In this document: piece after piece, positions 62,806-64,000 of the stretch | How positions within the stretch are numbered: the stretch's first letter is position 1 | How the letters are laid out: every line of letters begins with the position of its first letter | Origin: Eledone cirrhosa | Lineage: Eukaryota | NCBI GenBank assembly: GCA_964016885.1 | Contig: OZ024743.1 | Span: 216,504,001 to 216,568,000, forward strand | Direction: 5' to 3' | DNA length: 64,000 bases | Notes under the pieces: model-generated | Databases searched by the model: none | What the model was told of the DNA's origin: nothing | The model's input: only the letters and a program-made list of their open reading frames with translations | Translations under genes and position numbers: made by a program

Positions 62806-62806
<1 letters not shown>
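62443..62806 (-). mobile_element. Short non-coding ribozyme-bearing unit (family F)
   Basis: Both ends are shared with 6411-6632. Flanked by TA. Confidence 0.75.
62492..62612 (-). ncRNA. Hammerhead ribozyme, U4C core variant
   Basis: tctcgcatgct CCGAAGA tctga-ctggt...accag-t-tcaga GAAA caattg TC agctatgaga, with palindrome ACAATTGT. Confidence 0.75.
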
Positions 62807-62846
<40 letters not shown>

Positions 62847-62858
62847 ATATATATATAT

Positions 62859-62928
<70 letters not shown>

Positions 62929-63100
62929 ATATATATATATATATATATATATTGAATATATATATATATATATATTGTATATATATATATTGTATATATA
63001 TATATATTGTATATATATTGTATATATATATATATATATATATATTGTATATATATATATATATATTGTTTATATATATATATATTGTATATATATATAT

Positions 63101-63170
<70 letters not shown>

Positions 63171-63183
63171 GAGAGAGAGAGAG

Positions 63184-63229
<46 letters not shown>

Positions 63230-63304
63230 ATATATATATATATATATATATATTGTATATATATATATATATATATATATTGTATATATATATATATAAT
63301 ATAT

Positions 63305-63352
<48 letters not shown>

Positions 63353-63384
63353 ATATTATATATATGTATATATATATATATAAG

Positions 63385-63458
<74 letters not shown>

Positions 63459-63459
<1 letters not shown>

Positions 63460-63821
63460 CGTTTCTGAATTTATTTAGCAAGATTCTTTATCTGAAATCG
63501 TGTGTTGAAACCGATATTGTTATACTTTGGGAGGGTCATGTTGCCAAAAAGAAATACACGCACCAGTTGCTTTCACTTCAATTTATTATATATTTATGAA
63601 TTCATAAATTTACAAATTTACAAATCTACAAACTTATAAATTTCTGGTTGGTTGGGTGGTTCCACAACCAGATAGTTGTGGAACCAACCAACCAACCAGA
63701 AATTTATAAGTTTGTAGATTTGTAAATTTGTAAATTTTTGAATTTATAAATATATAATAAATTGAAGTGAAAGCAACTGGTGCGTGTGTTTCTCATTGGC
63801 AACATGACCCTCCCAAGGTAT

Positions 63822-63829
<8 letters not shown>
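63459..63829. mobile_element. PLE-type terminal repeat forming a 155-bp-arm hairpin
   Basis: 63514-63668 is the reverse complement of 63675-63829, with a 6-nt loop. Each arm carries GAAA t-ttataa-g TT (3' half of a hammerhead). Confidence 0.8.
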
Positions 63830-63862
<33 letters not shown>

Positions 63863-63888
63863 ATATATATATAAATATATTGTATATA

Positions 63889-63938
<50 letters not shown>

Positions 63939-64000
63939 ATATTATTGTGTATATAATATATATATATTATATATATATATTGTATATATATATATGTATA

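Overview
AT-rich eukaryotic non-coding DNA with no convincing host protein-coding gene. It is most likely from an octopod cephalopod, inferred from the SINE types and the extreme (TA)n content. The window is a nest of retroelements embedded in (TA)n and (TA)nTTG microsatellite. It holds at least six Penelope-like element (PLE) remnants with YRDD reverse transcriptase and/or C-terminal GIY-YIG, resembling the (TA)n-targeting Hydra group. It also holds three RTE LINE remnants, one CR1/L2-group LINE, two CRE-type RLE fragments, a deleted mariner, a non-coding LTR element, a Helitron 5' end and many SINEs. The main hidden signal is RNA-structural. By eye I can fold about 18 type-I hammerhead ribozyme motifs (plus several mutated or half copies) from roughly a dozen unrelated PLE terminal-repeat families. 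They repeatedly show palindromic stem III sequences, compensated U3:A8 cores, recurrent U4C cores and fold-back palindromes centred on the ribozyme, and one copy has captured foreign retroelement sequence in loop III. The many YIYI/CVCV ORFs are microsatellite artefacts. All folds were made manually and nothing was computed or searched.
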